Of a stretch of DNA of 64,000 bases, positions 43,120 through 52,879 are shown piece by piece. The translations under genes were made by a program, and so were the position numbers. Source of the DNA: Kiritimatiellia bacterium. Lineage in GTDB: Bacteria > Verrucomicrobiota > Kiritimatiellia > RFP12 > UBA1067. Within the stretch, counting starts at the first letter, position 1; each line of letters starts with the position of its first letter. The stretch covers positions 928,001-992,000 of the forward strand of contig JBMNFY010000017.1 of the NCBI GenBank assembly GCA_050949565.1, given 5' to 3'. The notes below the pieces were generated by a model that saw only the letters and a program-made list of their open reading frames with translations, did no database searches and was not told where the DNA came from.

Positions 43120-45594
43120 TTAGTTGTCTCTCTCTTTCGCCAGCGCGTGCAGCGTGGCGCGATCCACGGCGTCGGCGGCTTCGCGCTTGGCCATAGCGCG
43201 GCGGTGCTTCTCCCACTCCTCTGGAGACCAGGCGGCGGCTTCGGTATAGTCCGCGCAGAAGGGCACGCCGAGATCGACCCAGAGCGCGAGGCGCGCGAGA
43301 TCGTCCGGCTTCAAGGTCTTGCAGTGTCCTTTGTCCAGCCTCTCGTTGAAGAGCTTGCTGGTGGCCGAGCCTGCCGAGCGCGGCGGCTGGATGGGCGGCG
43401 CCGATGCAGCCGAGACCCAGTTGAGTATCGCATGATCGGGGACGCCGCGCCAACGCGCGGGCGGCTCCTTCTGATCGGGCCGGGCGTGCGTCAGCGTGAG
43501 GTAGGCGCGCGTCCAATGACGCTTGGCAGCGGGATCGGTAACGACCGTCGCGGTCAAGTCAGGTCGATCGGGCCGACCGTCGTGACAGCCGGCACAATGG
43601 GTGTTGAGGATCGGCTGAATCTCTTTCAGGAAACTGAAACCGCGGCGCGGTCCAAAGATCGGCGCCAACTGACGGGGACCAGCGGCGAGCGCGCGTGTCG
43701 GACGCGCTGAGGCAAGCGGCACGCTGTTTTTGGATTCGTGACAGCCCACGCACGAGGCGTTCTCGCCCGGTTGCAACGAGGTCCAACTTCGCATCGTCTG
43801 CACCATGCGCCCTTTGTCGTCGAGCAGCATAAAGTAGAGCGGGGTACGCGCTTCAGTCGTGAAGAAAACCGAGCCGTCCGCATACACCGGAGCATCACCG
43901 ATCAAAATTTTGGGGTCCCAGGCGCCGTTGCCCACGGAGGGCGGTGTCGAGATCAACGCCCCGCCCCCCGGTCCGCCGTTGCCGTTGCTACCGATGCCCG
44001 CGGCACGGTAGTCGAGGCCGATGACACGCAATGTCCTGACCGTGCCGCGCGCCACGCCCTCCATGGCCGGGCCTGCATAAACATCCTGTACGTAGAAAGT
44101 GCCGGTCGGCCGGGCATAATCCACGAAGCTCGGGCGCGCTGGCGGGCGCGGACGTGGACGCAACGGTACCGAACGACCGCAGGCCAGTCCGCGACGCGAA
44201 ACCAGCAGCTCGCGCTGACCATCGATGTCCATCCAGTATATACCGAAGCCGGTCATGCGGTTCTCATGGCGCTTGCCATCGACCCGCGTCCAGCCGTCGG
44301 GATTGTAGGTCACCAGCAACGTACGTTCGTCGATCGGATAGGGATAGGCGAAGAGATCGGCCTCCTGTCCGTAAGCATCGATGACCACCGACTTCGTGGG
44401 GCGCACCGGCGCGACGCGCGTGACGCCCTCCGCCTCTTGACGCCCGCGCGTCGGGTCGATCAGGATCAACTCTCCAGGCTGGCGCGAGTGGTGGCCGGTG
44501 GCAATCGCAAAAATCTTGCTGCTGCCCGGAACACCGCGCGCATGGATAATGGTGGTCGGGAACCAAGAGTTTTCACCGTAGACCGCGCTCTGTTGCGTGC
44601 CGTCGAGCTGCATCTGAAAGAGTGGTTGGGGATACATCTGCGAGCGGTCGTTGTACTCCCAGCGCGTGTAGAGCACGCGGCCGTCCGAGGTGACCGAGGG
44701 ATAGTTCAGGTGGACTTGGTCAAAGGTCAGCCGCAGGATATTCTGGCCGTCGCGATCGCAACGGTAGAGGTTGCTGACCTCGGTCCACCAGCAGTCGACG
44801 ATCTGCATGCAGCGCGTGGAGTTGAAGAGAATGCGGCCGTCCGGCAGATAGCATCCTTCGTAATCGGCGATTCCGAGTCCTTCAGTCAGCGGACGGATCT
44901 CGCGCGTGGCGGCGTCCATCTCGTACAGGTGGTAATCATCGCCGCGGTCAGAGCGTTTGAGAGAAAAGAGAATGGCGCGACCGTCATAATCCACATCCGC
45001 ATCACGGATCACCCCCTCCTTCGTCTCGGTGAGCACCGTCTCATGCCAAAGGCCATCACGCCATTCTGCGAGGCAGAGCTGGCCGCCTGCCCGGAAATTG
45101 CGCTCCGCCTGAGCGTCGGAGAGCGCCTCGGTATAGGCATAGTGCGAACCGCCCATCACAAAATGGCGCGCATAGACCAGACGCGGGAACTCAGCCTTGA
45201 CGCGGGCCAAGCGACGGGCGCGGCGCTGCTTGCAAGCGGAGCGGTAGGCAGCGAGTGCAGCTCCGTAATCGGCCGACCCAACTTCCTCGGACGGCTTACC
45301 GGTGGCAGCAGCGACGGCCAACAAAAAACGTGTGCGCCCATCGACACTCTCCAAGAGTTTCGGCCCCGTGATCGTAAGGTCTTGACACAGCCAGTCGGCC
45401 AGCACCTCGTCGTGCGCTTCGACGGCGCGCCAGAGTGCCTGCGGGGTTTGGCGTTCAGCCTCCGTCGCGTCGCGGCCCATCAGGACTGCAGCCAGAGCCA
45501 GACCGTCCGGTGTAATCCCCGACTCACCCCACGCGAACAGCGCGGCCAATCCCCAAATGACAACGCATACGACTCCCCCGATGCGATACTGCAT
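43120..45594 (-). CDS. HzsA-related secreted beta-propeller protein with two CxxCH heme-binding motifs
   Basis: GGGAGG RBS, signal peptide, YTRWEY, VQTMRSW..LQPGE..SCVGCHE, HCAGCH. Confidence 0.85.
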   Translation of the reverse strand: MQYRIGGVVCVVIWGLAALFAWGESGITPDGLALAAVLMGRDATEAERQTPQALWRAVEAHDEVLADWLCQDLTITGPKLLESVDGRTRFLLAVAAATGKPSEEVGSADYGAALAAYRSACKQRRARRLARVKAEFPRLVYARHFVMGGSHYAYTEALSDAQAERNFRAGGQLCLAEWRDGLWHETVLTETKEGVIRDADVDYDGRAILFSLKRSDRGDDYHLYEMDAATREIRPLTEGLGIADYEGCYLPDGRILFNSTRCMQIVDCWWTEVSNLYRCDRDGQNILRLTFDQVHLNYPSVTSDGRVLYTRWEYNDRSQMYPQPLFQMQLDGTQQSAVYGENSWFPTTIIHARGVPGSSKIFAIATGHHSRQPGELILIDPTRGRQEAEGVTRVAPVRPTKSVVIDAYGQEADLFAYPYPIDERTLLVTYNPDGWTRVDGKRHENRMTGFGIYWMDIDGQRELLVSRRGLACGRSVPLRPRPRPPARPSFVDYARPTGTFYVQDVYAGPAMEGVARGTVRTLRVIGLDYRAAGIGSNGNGGPGGGALISTPPSVGNGAWDPKILIGDAPVYADGSVFFTTEARTPLYFMLLDDKGRMVQTMRSWTSLQPGENASCVGCHESKNSVPLASARPTRALAAGPRQLAPIFGPRRGFSFLKEIQPILNTHCAGCHDGRPDRPDLTATVVTDPAAKRHWTRAYLTLTHARPDQKEPPARWRGVPDHAILNWVSAASAPPIQPPRSAGSATSKLFNERLDKGHCKTLKPDDLARLALWVDLGVPFCADYTEAAAWSPEEWEKHRRAMAKREAADAVDRATLHALAKERDN

Positions 45595-45717
45595 GGCACT
45601 TCCTCCCCGTAGTGTGACCCACACCACCTCCACACCATAGCGAATAGCGGGCCGCGCCGCAAGTCGGGTTTCAATTTCCATTTGCGCATGGCACATGGGT
45701 TTCAGTATCATCCCTCC

Positions 45718-46029
45718 ATGAAAAACATCTTTATCTTGCTGGTGATGTTGTTCGGGCTCGCGGCGGGTTGCCGTGTGTCGGACGTTCGTGAGATGGAGGT
45801 CCGGGTACCGGCAATGGCTAGCGACGCGGATGTGCAAAAGATCCGCTCGGCCTTGTCGCATCTCGGCGGCATCAACATGGAGAAACTGGAGTTCGATACG
45901 GCCGGACGCACGATCAAGGTACGATATGAGTCCATGGTGGTTGCTCACAAAAATATCGAAATCGCGATCGCTGAAGCCGGGTACGACGCGAACGACATCA
46001 AAGCCATTCCGCCCGCGCCCGCACGGTAA
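45718..46029 (+). CDS. Small lipoprotein with HMA-like ferredoxin fold
   Basis: Lipobox LAAGC; VPAM...AIAEAGYDA; lacks the CxxC motif. Confidence 0.65.
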   Translation: MKNIFILLVMLFGLAAGCRVSDVREMEVRVPAMASDADVQKIRSALSHLGGINMEKLEFDTAGRTIKVRYESMVVAHKNIEIAIAEAGYDANDIKAIPPAPAR

Positions 46030-46040
46030 CGTGACACGGC

Positions 46041-46934
46041 ATGCGCGCGCAGGTCGAACAATTTCTGGATCACATCGCGTATGAGCGCGGACTCTCCGAA
46101 AACACGCGCGCGGCGTATGCCACGGACTTAGCATCCTTCATCGCGTTTCTGGAAAAGGGCGGAAAGGCAACCACATTCGCGGCGGTCACGCGCAGTCATG
46201 TGGCCGCTTTTCTAGACCAGCAACGGAAGCAAGGGTTTCGCGCGTCGACGCGCGCACGGCGTCTGGTCGCCATCAAAGTGCTGTTTGCCTTTCTTGCCGA
46301 TGAAGGTGTCATTCCAGCGGACATCGCGGCCTTGATGAACGCGCCACCGAAAGGACGTACGCTCCCGCGCACTCTGAGCGAAGAGGAAGTCGCGAGCCTG
46401 CTGGCCGCGATCGACGGCGACGCGCCGCTGACCGTGCGCGACCGTAGCATGCTCGAACTTTTTTATGCGTGCGGGTTGCGTGTGTCCGAAGTGGCGTCGC
46501 TGCGGCTCAGCGATGTGCGGCTCGATGATGCCGTGATCGCGTGTGTCGGTAAAGGCAACAAGCAGCGTTTGGTTCCTTTGGGCGCGGTGGCCGAAGCATG
46601 GCTGCGCCGTTATCTGGCCGAATCCCGCCCGCGATTGGCGCGGGGCAACACGACGCAAAGCACGTTGTATCTGACGGTGCGCGGTGCGCCATTCACGCGC
46701 CAGGGCATCTTCGCGATGCTACGTAAACGCGCGGGAGAAGCGGCGCTTGCGCGTTCCGTCTCGCCCCATGTTTTGCGCCACTGCTTTGCCAGTCATCTGC
46801 TTGCACACGGTGCGCAAATCCGCGCGATACAAGAGATGCTCGGCCATGCCGACATCGCCACCACGCAGGTCTACACGCATGTCGACGACGGTCAAGCACG
46901 TGCGACACACGCCCGATTCCACCCGCGCGCATAA
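46041..46934 (+). CDS. xerD: Tyrosine recombinase XerD
   Basis: ERGLSENT..AY, LFYACGLRVSE, GKGNKQRLVP, SPHVLRH, LGHADIATTQVYTHV. Confidence 0.88.
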   Translation: MRAQVEQFLDHIAYERGLSENTRAAYATDLASFIAFLEKGGKATTFAAVTRSHVAAFLDQQRKQGFRASTRARRLVAIKVLFAFLADEGVIPADIAALMNAPPKGRTLPRTLSEEEVASLLAAIDGDAPLTVRDRSMLELFYACGLRVSEVASLRLSDVRLDDAVIACVGKGNKQRLVPLGAVAEAWLRRYLAESRPRLARGNTTQSTLYLTVRGAPFTRQGIFAMLRKRAGEAALARSVSPHVLRHCFASHLLAHGAQIRAIQEMLGHADIATTQVYTHVDDGQARATHARFHPRA

Positions 46935-46941
46935 CTGGCAA

Positions 46942-47006
46942 GTAGGAGTTAAGATTTAGGATTTAGGAGTTCCGCTTATTACTTTTTACCCATTACTTAT
47001 TACTTT
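46942..47006. repeat. Heptamer short tandem repeats (GATTTAG-type and TTATTAC-type)
   Basis: GTAGGAGTTAAGATTTAGGATTTAGGAG; related to 59065-59103 and the array module. Confidence 0.7.
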
Positions 47007-47096
47007 CTTTGTTTTTGGGATTGATTATTCAGAAAAAAAGACTATGGTTTGTTGCGTTGTGGGGTTGGTTCCCCTGCGAAAACAAGGAGTAAACTT

Positions 47097-47396
47097 ATGG
47101 CTAAGAAGGCAACGCCGAGAACAAAAAGCGAAATCATGACCGCCCTCGCTGAGGCTGGTGAGATCACCAAGAAGCAGGCTAGCGCGATCTATGACACGCT
47201 GCTCTCAATCGCCTACGCTGGCGCGAAGGATCCGAAGGGCATCATGCTCCCGGGCCTGGGCAAGTTGATCAAGGTCAAGCGCCCCGCGCGCAAAGGCCGC
47301 AACCCCGCCACAGGGGAAGCGATTAAGATCCCGGCAAAGACGGTCGTCAAGTTCCGTCTGGCGAAAGCCGCCAAAGATGCTGTGCTCACCAAATAA
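47097..47396 (+). CDS. hup: HU family DNA-binding protein
   Basis: TKSE..., LPGLGKL, RPARKGRNPATGEAIKIPAK; AAGGAG RBS. Confidence 0.92.
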   Translation: MAKKATPRTKSEIMTALAEAGEITKKQASAIYDTLLSIAYAGAKDPKGIMLPGLGKLIKVKRPARKGRNPATGEAIKIPAKTVVKFRLAKAAKDAVLTK

Positions 47397-47420
47397 GTGA
47401 CGGATCAGCACTCTCATTTT

Positions 47421-47454
47421 AAAGGTGCCGTGCGCAAGCGCGGCACCTTTTTTT
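47421..47454 (+). terminator. Rho-independent terminator
   Basis: AAAGGTGCCGTGC-GCAA-GCGCGGCACCTTT followed by a T-run. Confidence 0.9.
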
Positions 47455-47581
47455 GTTTTTGCTTTGCGGCTTTATCCCGCGTCTCTAGGATGATATTATG
47501 GGAAGCGTTTTGAAGGGTGTCTTCGCCCCGCGTGTCGTTGGGGCGTAGTCTGGCACGATGCTATGATGCGGGGGATAAGTA

Positions 47582-48478
47582 ATGATGAAGCGACTTGAGG
47601 AACGAGCGGGTTCTGAATATTTGGTGGCGGACGGCGGGATGGGCACGGAGTTGCAGAGACGCGGACTGGCTCCCGGCGAATGTCCGGAACTCTGGTGTGT
47701 GGAACGGCCAGATCAGGTGCGCGCGGTGTATGCCGCGTACCGCGAGGCGGGCAGCCAGATCGTGGAGACCAACACATTCGGCGGCAGCCGCTATAAACTG
47801 TCGCACTACGGGCTGGCTGATCGGGCGGCAGAGATCAATCGCGCCGGTGTGGCACTGGCCCGCGAAGTGGCCGGCGACAGCCAGTACGTGATGGCGAGCA
47901 TGGGGCCGACTGGCCTTTTCATGGAGCCCTATGGCGACGAGACTGAAGAGAGTTTTTACGCGGCCTTTGCCGAGCAGGCGCGCGCCTTCGAAGAGGGCGG
48001 CGCAGACGCTGTGATCGTCGAGACCATGATGGCGATTGAGGAGTGTTGCGTCGCCGTGCGCGCCGTGCGCGAGACCACCGCGCTGACTTGTCTGGCCAGT
48101 TTTACCTTCGAGCCGCTGCCGGATGGTAGCTTCGCATCGATGATGGGCGTGACACCGGAACAATTCGCCGAGCAGGCGCTAGCCGCAGGTGCGCATATCA
48201 TCGGCGCCAACTGCGGTACCGGACCGGATGCGATGATATCGATCATCCAGCGGCTGCGCAGCGTCACGAGCGCGCCCCTGATCGCAATGCCGAATGCCGG
48301 CATGCCGACGCTCGTGAATGGCGAGACGGTCTTTCTCGAATCACCGGAAGAAATGGCATCGAAGGTCGGGGCACTGATCAAAGCCGGTGCGACAATCATC
48401 GGCGGCTGTTGCGGTACGACGCCTGCCCATATCGCGGCCATGGCGAGCGCGGTTCAAACCTTGCGCCAAGCGGAATAA
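47582..48478 (+). CDS. Homocysteine S-methyltransferase domain protein (split MetH N-terminal module)
   Basis: DGGMGTELQ, ETNTFG, GANC, PNAG, IIGGCCGTTPAHI. Confidence 0.92.
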   Translation: MMKRLEERAGSEYLVADGGMGTELQRRGLAPGECPELWCVERPDQVRAVYAAYREAGSQIVETNTFGGSRYKLSHYGLADRAAEINRAGVALAREVAGDSQYVMASMGPTGLFMEPYGDETEESFYAAFAEQARAFEEGGADAVIVETMMAIEECCVAVRAVRETTALTCLASFTFEPLPDGSFASMMGVTPEQFAEQALAAGAHIIGANCGTGPDAMISIIQRLRSVTSAPLIAMPNAGMPTLVNGETVFLESPEEMASKVGALIKAGATIIGGCCGTTPAHIAAMASAVQTLRQAE

Positions 48479-48488
48479 GGAGCGGACG

Positions 48489-49610
48489 ATGTTGTACTGG
48501 ATCGCACCCTATTTGACGAAAGTGTGGGGACCTTTCCGCCTGCTCTCATCGCATCTGATGTTGCTGGCGGCTGGCACCTTGATAGGCGGCCTCGTGGTCT
48601 GGAGTTTCCTGCCGCGGCTGTGGTACCTTTTGCCCACCGACCGTTGCAAGACTTTGGCCGGAGACGGCGGCAAGGCCTCGGCCGGCAAACCGACCGGAGC
48701 CGGCATGTTGATGTCACTGCTGCTGATACCGATCATCATACTTTTCGTGCCCTTCGGCCCTTGGGAGTTCGGCACCGTATTGTGTCTCTATCTCAGCATG
48801 TTGTTCGGTTACCTGGACGACCGCAGTGTCTTACCGTGGGGAGAGCTGAAAAAAGGCCTTCTCGACTTGGTGGTGGCGCTGGGCGCGGCCTACTGCCTCT
48901 ACATGGGGCATGGCTCTTACGTGTGGCTGCCCTTCGTCACACACGCAATTGACATACCGCTGCACTACTACGTGCCGGGCGCGGCGATTCTGCTTTGGCT
49001 TACGATGAACGCCACCAACTGCTCTGACGGCGTGGACGGGCTCGCGGGATCGCTAACGCTGCTCTCACTGTTCTCACTGGCAGGCCTGTTGTACGGCGTG
49101 GTCGGTTATCGGCCGATCGCCGACTACCTCCTGATTCCGCACAATCCGGATGGCGCGCGCTGGGCGATTCTGGTGGCGACGATGGCCGGCTCGCTCGCCG
49201 GTTATCTGTGGCACAATGCCGAGCCGAGCCGCGTGCTGATGGGCGATGCCGGCTCACGTCTGCTGGGCATGCTGGTCGGCGTGGCCGTTCTGGCGGCCGG
49301 TAACCCGTTCTTGATTGTGGTCGTCTCGCCCGTCGTTCTCGTGAATGGCGGCACCGGTCTCGTCAAGCTCGTCCTGCTGCGCATCTTCCGCCGTATCGGC
49401 TTCGACGTGCGTCCGCCGCACACCCTGCCACCCGAAGAAGCATCGCGCCAGAACAGGATGATCAAGGCGTTGCACAGCGTACGCTTCCCGTTGCACGACC
49501 ACTGCCGCAAGAACATGCACTGGAGCAACGCCCAAGTCCTGATGCGGTTCGTCTTGATTCAATCCTTCCTGACGCCGCTCCTCTTCGTCATTCTCATCAA
49601 GATCCGTTAA
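48489..49610 (+). CDS. mraY: Phospho-N-acetylmuramoyl-pentapeptide transferase
   Basis: GKPTGAG, GYLDD, NATNCSDGVDGLA, LMGDAGS, FPLHDH; multiple TMs. Confidence 0.88.
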   Translation: MLYWIAPYLTKVWGPFRLLSSHLMLLAAGTLIGGLVVWSFLPRLWYLLPTDRCKTLAGDGGKASAGKPTGAGMLMSLLLIPIIILFVPFGPWEFGTVLCLYLSMLFGYLDDRSVLPWGELKKGLLDLVVALGAAYCLYMGHGSYVWLPFVTHAIDIPLHYYVPGAAILLWLTMNATNCSDGVDGLAGSLTLLSLFSLAGLLYGVVGYRPIADYLLIPHNPDGARWAILVATMAGSLAGYLWHNAEPSRVLMGDAGSRLLGMLVGVAVLAAGNPFLIVVVSPVVLVNGGTGLVKLVLLRIFRRIGFDVRPPHTLPPEEASRQNRMIKALHSVRFPLHDHCRKNMHWSNAQVLMRFVLIQSFLTPLLFVILIKIR

Positions 49611-49645
49611 CCTCAGGCCGCCGGGCGCGGTTGGGAGGGAATTGT

Positions 49646-50350
49646 ATGCCAAGAGCCATTCTCGTCACACTGGGTGCGCGTGACCGCCTGCTGGCGGATG
49701 GTGTCGCCATGCTGGCAGCGCACTGCAACGTGTCCGCCGATGCGGTCATGCGCCTTGACAATCTGGCAGAACACGCGCTGCATCCTGATGATGGCGTGAT
49801 TGCCGCATGTTTTGCGAATGAGACCTCATTTGTGGTAGCCGCATCACGGCCGCGCACGGTACGGGCGCTGCTGACCTTCGTCGGCGTGGCCTGTGATGAT
49901 CTGGACATCGAGTGGCTCGCCCTGCCGTTTGATCGGGAAGCGCTCAAACGTGAGTATGGGGTACCGTGGTATCCGGTCATCGACCGTACCCGGTGCAGCG
50001 GCTGCGGCACCTGCCACGACTACTGCCTCTTCTCAGTCTATGCGCGGGAGCCTCGCGCAACCGCAGCGGAACGCGTGCGCGTTGCGGCACCGCTCAACTG
50101 CAAGACGGGCTGCCCGGCCTGTGCCCGGATCTGTCCGGAAGCCGCATTGATCTTCCCATTCTGCGCCGAAGCAGAATTGAACGGCGAGATCGAAGCCCCG
50201 CAGCGGCGATCGTCTGACGCCCTAGCGGACGTACTGGGCGATGATCCCATGCGTGTGCTGGCAGAGCGCCGCGCTAAAAGAAAACTGATCGACCAAGAAA
50301 AATTCGCCCAAGCCGAAGAAGATCGTATCCGCTACTCAGGTATCCTGTGA
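49646..50350 (+). CDS. 4Fe-4S dicluster ferredoxin-family protein
   Basis: WYPVID..CSGCGTCHDYC and CKTGCPACARICP. Confidence 0.88.
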   Translation: MPRAILVTLGARDRLLADGVAMLAAHCNVSADAVMRLDNLAEHALHPDDGVIAACFANETSFVVAASRPRTVRALLTFVGVACDDLDIEWLALPFDREALKREYGVPWYPVIDRTRCSGCGTCHDYCLFSVYAREPRATAAERVRVAAPLNCKTGCPACARICPEAALIFPFCAEAELNGEIEAPQRRSSDALADVLGDDPMRVLAERRAKRKLIDQEKFAQAEEDRIRYSGIL

Positions 50351-50375
50351 ACAACGCTTTTTGAATCCACAGATT

Positions 50376-50540
50376 ACACACTAAACACACGGAAACAGAG
50401 CCATGCCTTTCCGTGTGTTCGGTGTGTTCCGTGGTTAAACAATCGATCCCGATAGCGATCCCGATCCCGATTTGGATGAAACCATGAAACCTTGAAACCA
50501 GAAACCAAAGAGAGTTGAAGGTTCAACTGCTCTTTTTAGG
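50376..50540 (+). repeat. Partial direct copy of the 42786-43084 MITE (right part with IR)
   Basis: Near-identical to 42905-43084 with fewer TGAAACC(A/T) octamers; ends CAACTGCTCTTTTTAGG; no left IR seen. Confidence 0.85.
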
Positions 50541-50601
50541 TTTAACCTCGTCTTTTGTGCGCCGCCCTGCCGCCGTACTCCTGCTCAAAAAGCGGCGTCG
50601 C

Positions 50602-51893
50602 GCGGAATACCGCTTGCCGCCGCATTCCAAATTTTTCGCCAGACTTGCGAAGCGCCGGGAGGGGCAAGCGTCTGCTTGACCGGCGGCGGCCGCGCCGCCG
50701 CTTCTGAACGCAGAACGTCGAACGCAGAACGCCCAACGCAGAAGTTAAAAACTCCTAAATCCTCACTCCTAAACGTCAACTCCGCGCACGGTGCGGAATA
50801 CCGCATCCAAGTTTTTTCGCCAGACTTGCGAAGCGCCGGGAGGGGCAAGCGTCTGCTTGACCGGCGGCGGCCGCGCCGCCGCTTCTGAACGCAGAACGTC
50901 GAACGCAGAACGCCCAACGCAGAAGTTAAAAACTCCTAAATCCTCACTCCTAAATATCAACTCCGCGCATAGCGCGGAATACCGCATCCAAGTTTTTTCG
51001 CCAGACTTGCGAAGCGCCGGGAGGGGCAAGCGTCTGCTTGACCGGCGGCGGCCGCGCCGCCGCTTCTGAACGCAGAACGTCGAACGCAGAACGCCCAACG
51101 CAGAAGTGAAAAACTCCTAAATCCTCACTCCTAAACGTCAACTCCGCGCACGGTGCGGAATACCGCATCCAAATTCATTCGCCAGACTTGCGAAGCACCG
51201 GGAGGGGCAAGCGTCTGCTTGACCGGCGGCGGCCGCGCCGCCGCTTCTGAACGCAGAACGTCGAACGCAGAACGCCCAACGCAGAAGTGAAAAACTCCTA
51301 AATCCTCACTCCTAAATATCAACTCCGCGCACGGTGCGGAATACCGCATCCAAGTTTTTTCGCCAGACTTGCGAAGCACCGGGAGGGGCAAGCGTCTGCT
51401 TGACCGGCGGCGGCCGCGCCGCCGCTTCTGAACGCAGAACGTCGAACGCAGAACGCCCAACGCAGAAGTTAAAAACTCCTAAATCCTCACTCCTAAATAT
51501 CAACTCCGCGCATAGCGCGGAATACCGCTTGCCGCCGCATTCCAAATTCATTCGCCAGACTTGCGAAGCACCGGGAGGGGCAAGCGTCTGCTTGACCGGC
51601 GGCGGCCGCGCCGCCGCTTCTGAACGCAGAACGTCGAACGCAGAACGCCCAACGCAGAAGTTAAAAACTCCTAAATCCTCACTCCTAAACGTCAACTCCG
51701 CGCACGGTGCGGAATACCGCATCCAAGTTTTTTCGCCAGACTTGCGAAGCGCCGGGAGGGGCAAGCGTCTGCTTGACCGGCGGCGGCCGCGCCGCCGCTT
51801 CTGAACGCAGAACGTCGAACGCAGAACGCCCAACGCAGAAGTGAAAAACTCCTAAATCCTCACTCCTAAATGTCAACTCCGCGCGTAGCGCGG
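50602..51893. repeat. Tandem array of seven ~181-bp structured units
   Basis: Marker CGCCAGACTTGCGAAG at 50637, 50818, 50999, 51180, 51361, 51553 and 51734 (period 181, once 192). Confidence 0.95.
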
Positions 51894-52868
51894 TTAGAAC
51901 AGTTCGCGGTAGAAGGGAGCCCAGTAGGAGAGCAGGAGATCGGCACCGGCGCGTTCAATCGCGGCCAGTGATTCGCGGGCCATGTCGTGAAGATCGCCCC
52001 AACCGCGCGCGGCTGTCGCGTGGATCATGCTGTACTCGCCGCTGACGTTGTACGCGGCGACCGGCAGGTCCGTACGGCGGCGCACCTCGGCCAGTACATC
52101 CAGATAGAAAAGCGCAGGCTTGACCATCAGGATGTCGGCCCCCTCCTCTTCGTCGAACTCCGATTCGCGCAAGGCGGCGCGCGGGTTGCCCCAAGAAGCT
52201 TGATAACCCTTACGGTCGCCAGCCGACGGCGCTGAGTTTTCTGCGTCGCGGAATGGGCCGTAAAGCGACGAGGCGAACTTGGTGGAGTAGGCCATCAACA
52301 ACGTTTGTTCGAGGCCGTTCTCCGTCAACGCCTCGCGGATGCACCGCACTTGCCCATCCATCATGGCGCTCGGCGCCACCACATCCGCTCCGGCGACAGC
52401 GTGCGACACCGCCACGCGGGCGAGCAGTCCGTTGGCCGCATCGTTGTCCACCTGGCCATGCCGATCAAGCGGACCGCAATGGCCATGCTCGGTATAGGCG
52501 CACAGGCAGACGTCGGTCATCACCACCAGTTCGGGGAAGGCGCGTTTGATCGCCGGCACGGCACGCTGCACGACACCGCGATCATCAAAGGCGCCGCTGC
52601 CGCCCGCATCCTTGGCGCCTTCCGTCTGGCCAAACAGCAACACCCCGCCAATCCCCTGCTCGGCAACCGGTTCCAGTTCGCGCAACAGGACATCCACGCT
52701 CATCCGGTTTTGTCCCGGCATGGAATCGATTGGCTCGCAACGCCGTTCGCCCTCGACCACAAAGAGCGGCCAGACAAACTTGGCGGGCGATGGAGGCGGA
52801 GCGTCAAACAGACGCCGGATTGCAGGTGAGCGGCGCAGACGGCGCAGACGGACATCGGGGAAACGCAT
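51894..52868 (-). CDS. hemB: Porphobilinogen synthase (delta-aminolevulinate dehydratase), Zn-binding type
   Basis: RLRRLR, DVCLCAYTEHGHCG, APSAMMDG, YGPFRDA, MVKPA, AYNVSGEY; GAGGAG RBS. Confidence 0.95.
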   Translation of the reverse strand: MRFPDVRLRRLRRSPAIRRLFDAPPPSPAKFVWPLFVVEGERRCEPIDSMPGQNRMSVDVLLRELEPVAEQGIGGVLLFGQTEGAKDAGGSGAFDDRGVVQRAVPAIKRAFPELVVMTDVCLCAYTEHGHCGPLDRHGQVDNDAANGLLARVAVSHAVAGADVVAPSAMMDGQVRCIREALTENGLEQTLLMAYSTKFASSLYGPFRDAENSAPSAGDRKGYQASWGNPRAALRESEFDEEEGADILMVKPALFYLDVLAEVRRRTDLPVAAYNVSGEYSMIHATAARGWGDLHDMARESLAAIERAGADLLLSYWAPFYRELF

Positions 52869-52879
52869 GAACAAACTCC

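Noticed and set aside
43120-45594. Evidence of anammox metabolism
   Set aside because: No hzsB/hzsC or hao-like genes are nearby, and HzsA-like domains occur outside anammox bacteria.
45595-46134. N-terminal extension of the 1004-aa minus-strand ORF
   Set aside because: It overlaps the HMA-like gene and xerD; the RBS and signal peptide support a start at 45594.
46041-46934. Island or phage integrase mobilising 42.8-50.5 kb between the direct repeats
   Set aside because: The protein looks like housekeeping XerD, the enclosed genes are core (HU, mraY), and the TSD supports the short MITE instead.
50602-51893. CRISPR array or coding repeat
   Set aside because: Units are near-identical along their full 181 bp with no unique spacers and no cas genes in the window. 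The period is not a multiple of 3, so the repeated short ORFs are by-products.
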